DNA from: Neodothiora populina
Taxonomy: Eukaryota
Length of the DNA stretch: 64,000 nt
Assembly (NCBI RefSeq): GCF_041146345.1
Contig: NW_027191408.1
Span: 1 to 64,000, forward strand
Direction of reading: 5' to 3'
Shown here: positions 61,042-64,000 of the stretch, one piece after another
How positions within the stretch are numbered: position 1 is the first letter of the stretch
Layout: every line of letters starts with the position of its first letter
The notes under the pieces: model-generated
The model's input: only the letters and a program-made list of their open reading frames with translations
What the model was told of the DNA's origin: nothing
Database searches by the model: none
Translations under genes and position numbers: made by a program

Positions 61042-62465
61042 GATGTAAGATTCTGTGTGGTCTGCACTCCGGTCACGATGCAGTTTGGTATGTCTGTTGC
61101 AGAGATCGCAGCCTTGCCGTCGTCGTGGGCTTATGTAGAGCGATGGACACCTTGGATAATCAAGAGGGGCTGGCCGCGTATGGCCATGGCAGAAAGTCCA
61201 CAATCAGGGGATGGATTAGGTTAGACAGCATCAACACCAAGTAGCATTCATTTGGTCGCGCACTTTGACATTACGGCCGAATATTTCAAAGTGTAGTAAT
61301 TGGAAGATTGTAGCGCAGATTGCTATACTACTATACAAAAGGTATGGATAAGAAAGTGGGATACAGTAGGGATAGCCTTGCTCCTCGGCCAAAATCTTTC
61401 GTTTCCCGGGGCTCTGGAGACAGACAAACAAAAGCGAGTCAGCCGAAGCGCACGTCCAGACCGTCAGCGTTCTTCGCGATCAGCCGTTGTCTGTTAGAAA
61501 GCAAACAACAGGGAGTCTTGGGAAGGAGGTCTTGATTTTTGGACGCAGAGAACAATAATCGATCATCTTCGTATGACTTTTTTTCCTTTCATTATTGTTA
61601 TCAAAGTTTTCGTCATAATCGTCATCATCAGCATCGTCATTATCAGCACGGCAGTGACCCTCAAGATTGACCTTTTGGCATGGATGGGGTTCTCGCAAGC
61701 ACCGATGAACCTCAAGCTTCACACTTGCTTGTGCAGGACCTCCTGCTTTCAGGGATCCGCGAGCTTGGATCCAAAGTGTCGATCGGGCCGCCGAACCCGC
61801 GCACCGAAGCTCCAGCTGCCAGACCAGAATGAGTAAGTTTCTCCACGTGGTCCACTTTGCACTCGTGATGCATGTACAAAGTTGTGTAGACGACATGTCC
61901 TGGGTATAGATTTCTGTGATGTTGTCCTTCTTGAACACATGATGGCAGCCCACCCTATAGAAATGGCGAGGCGGATGGCCTTTGCTTGGTGAGCTTGTCG
62001 GGTTGAGGAGGACACATGATCTGGCTTGTATGCGTGATTAATGCACTGCAATTTGCAATCTACATGTGCCTTAGCTGCATCTGCATAAAGCGAGACACGT
62101 GTTTTATATGGACCTTGTGTCCATCTGGATTAGGATGAGCATTTACCGACAGGACTAAGTCCAGCGCTTGCAACAATAATGCTTGAAATGTCAAACATCA
62201 ATGGCCACGAGTCGGAGTAATATCTGTATGCCATGTAAGCTCACTCCAGAGACAATTAAATTATAAGCTCGAGAATGTGACGTCAAGTGAATATCACCAC
62301 TCACAGCAACGTGAGGTACTGTGGTAAGGTAGGCATTATTGCTTGTTCTCGTCTCATTCTTGTTTCTCAATTCGCTTTCATTATCATCTTTACAGACATT
62401 ACATCTGGACTTAACAGGATTACTGATACTGACCGGATTGAACATCTACCCTCGTTTCTGTCATC

Positions 62466-63361
62466 ATGCATCCATCTGGACTTGCCATTCTTCTCGGTGC
62501 TGGACCAAACACTGTGCGTCTGTAATATATATGCATTCAATATCGAAGGTGATTGTGAAAAGGCGCGACTGATGCTGCATGACTTCTAGGGCACCGGCAT
62601 TGCCAGAGTTCTCGCTCATCCCTCCCATGGTAATATGGCGGTCGCGCTTTTGGCGCGTCGACCGGAGTCACTCAAGGGCGTTGCCGACTCGCTTCGCGCC
62701 TTCACGCCCGATGCAGTGATCGAGACGTTCCCTACCGACACATCGCCTAACGCACTGAAGAAAGCCTTCTCTGACATCCGACAGCACGAGTCTTTCCGCG
62801 ACTTGAAGTTGCGGGTGGCGATCTACAGTGTCAAGCATTCGTCCAAGAAGCCTTTCCTCGATGAGACCTACGGCGAGTTCACCGAGTCTCTTGAGACGTA
62901 CGTCGGGGGTGCATTCACCTTCGCTCAAGAGTCGATCAAGCGCTTCTTCGCCGATCATGGTGAGGAGGGGCTTGACGCTGGAGCCGAGAAGAAGGGCACG
63001 TTGATCTTCACTGGTACCCTTGGTCAGTCACAAACCAAGCATTGCACTGCGTGATCTGCCGCTCGGCTGACTGTGTCTAGGTGCGCTAAGATGCAATGCA
63101 GAGTATGCGGCGTATGGCGCTGGGAGGGCATCGGTGCGCCAATTGGCTCAGACGCTGGCGCGGGAGATGTCTGCCAAAGGCATCCATGTGGTACACACCA
63201 TTGCAAATGGCAGTATTCAGGACGATCAGGGAGAAGATCAGAAGACGGGCAAGAAGATGTCGGCCGATGCGGTAGGTAAGACTTATCTGTGGCTGTCCGA
63301 ACAAGAACCTTGCCTGTGGACTCATGAATTGGATATGAGGCCCGCACAAGAGAAGTTCTAA
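62466..63361 (+). CDS. Short-chain dehydrogenase/reductase; exons 62466-62513, 62590-63022, 63081-63361
   Basis: AILLGAGPNT|GTGIAR Rossmann motif, GTLIFTG..G, LAQTLAREM..KGIHVVH and WTHELDMRP..EKF. Confidence 0.88.
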
Positions 63362-63687
63362 AGGCGCTCCTGGTGCTTCTCTGCCAATCCCTCGGAGAAG
63401 ACCGGCTTAAGAAGCTTCTGCCTGTCGCAAGTGACGTGTGGTGTAGCAATTAGACATGACCCGAGAACATGGATACAGACTTGTAGTTGCATGGACGGCT
63501 AATCCTCGTCCTAACACATTTCAGATGTGCTTCTATGGCGGTATATGCTGGACGTGCGCTAACAAGCGCGTAAGCACAATCGAGACGCATCTTTTGTCGC
63601 CCGTGTATCTGCACTTAATCATACAGGTACATTCGAAGGAAGAAGGATCATTCAGTCAAAACGACGCCAAGAAGTGGTGAAAGATAT

Positions 63688-63758
63688 GCATTGCATCTAC
63701 TAGTGAACGAGCGTGAAAAGAGCGTGAAATTGCATTGCATCTACTAGTGAACGAGCGT
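63688..63758. repeat. 28-bp direct repeat TGCATTGCATCTACTAGTGAACGAGCGT x2
   Basis: Copies start at 63688 and 63731, separated by a 15-nt spacer. Confidence 0.85.
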
Positions 63759-64000
63759 AAAAGGTAGAAGCGTTGTCAATACCGAAATCAATATGCCACC
63801 CCGGCAGAGCTTGGTCCGTGAGGGCCTAGCTGTTTGATATCTCGCTGATAGCCACAATGCTTCCCCTTCCGATTTGTTTTCGTGCAACGTTCAGAACCAC
63901 GAATGGCCTCCCAATGGATCGTAATCCATCACCAATTGGTATATACAGCTCCTCTTCTAACGCTCAGTAGAGGGAGTCTGAGCCTTGCCTTTCTGCTGAG

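Overview
Gene-dense eukaryotic DNA from a filamentous ascomycete. Short GT-AG introns with CTRAC branch sites and the gene set suggest Pezizomycotina, probably Dothideomycete-like (inference). About 21 protein-coding loci can be supported. The left arm is GC- and microsatellite-rich housekeeping DNA: MRP51-like, Csm1/Pcs1-like, Bbc1-like, an F-box-like protein, a LysM protein, RPS17, ATG22 and a GPI cell-wall protein. A central block of about 16 kb holds catabolic and transport genes: carboxylesterase, DUF829 hydrolase, MFS permease, PTH11-like receptor, aldehyde dehydrogenase and a FUSC-type transporter. The right arm has an Arg/Pro-rich protein, a disrupted FAD oxidase, RGP1, an MpaB/rubber-oxygenase-like gene, a GTPase-RasGEF and an SDR. 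Best unexplained signals: (1) an unassigned, strongly base-paired ~320-nt RNA candidate at 48519-48839 with TATA, A-box, B-box and a T7 terminator (Pol III type); (2) a 32-bp double-hairpin motif in five copies, always in the same sense orientation just downstream of the nearest stop codon, with one copy ending like a Helitron 3' end; (3) an ORF-less but apparently spliced, structured minus-strand region at 22.2-24.0 kb; (4) a ~140-bp MITE-like inverted repeat; (5) two alternative C-termini encoded across one intron. Several frameshifts fall in homopolymer runs and may be assembly errors. All family assignments come from motif recognition, not database searches.
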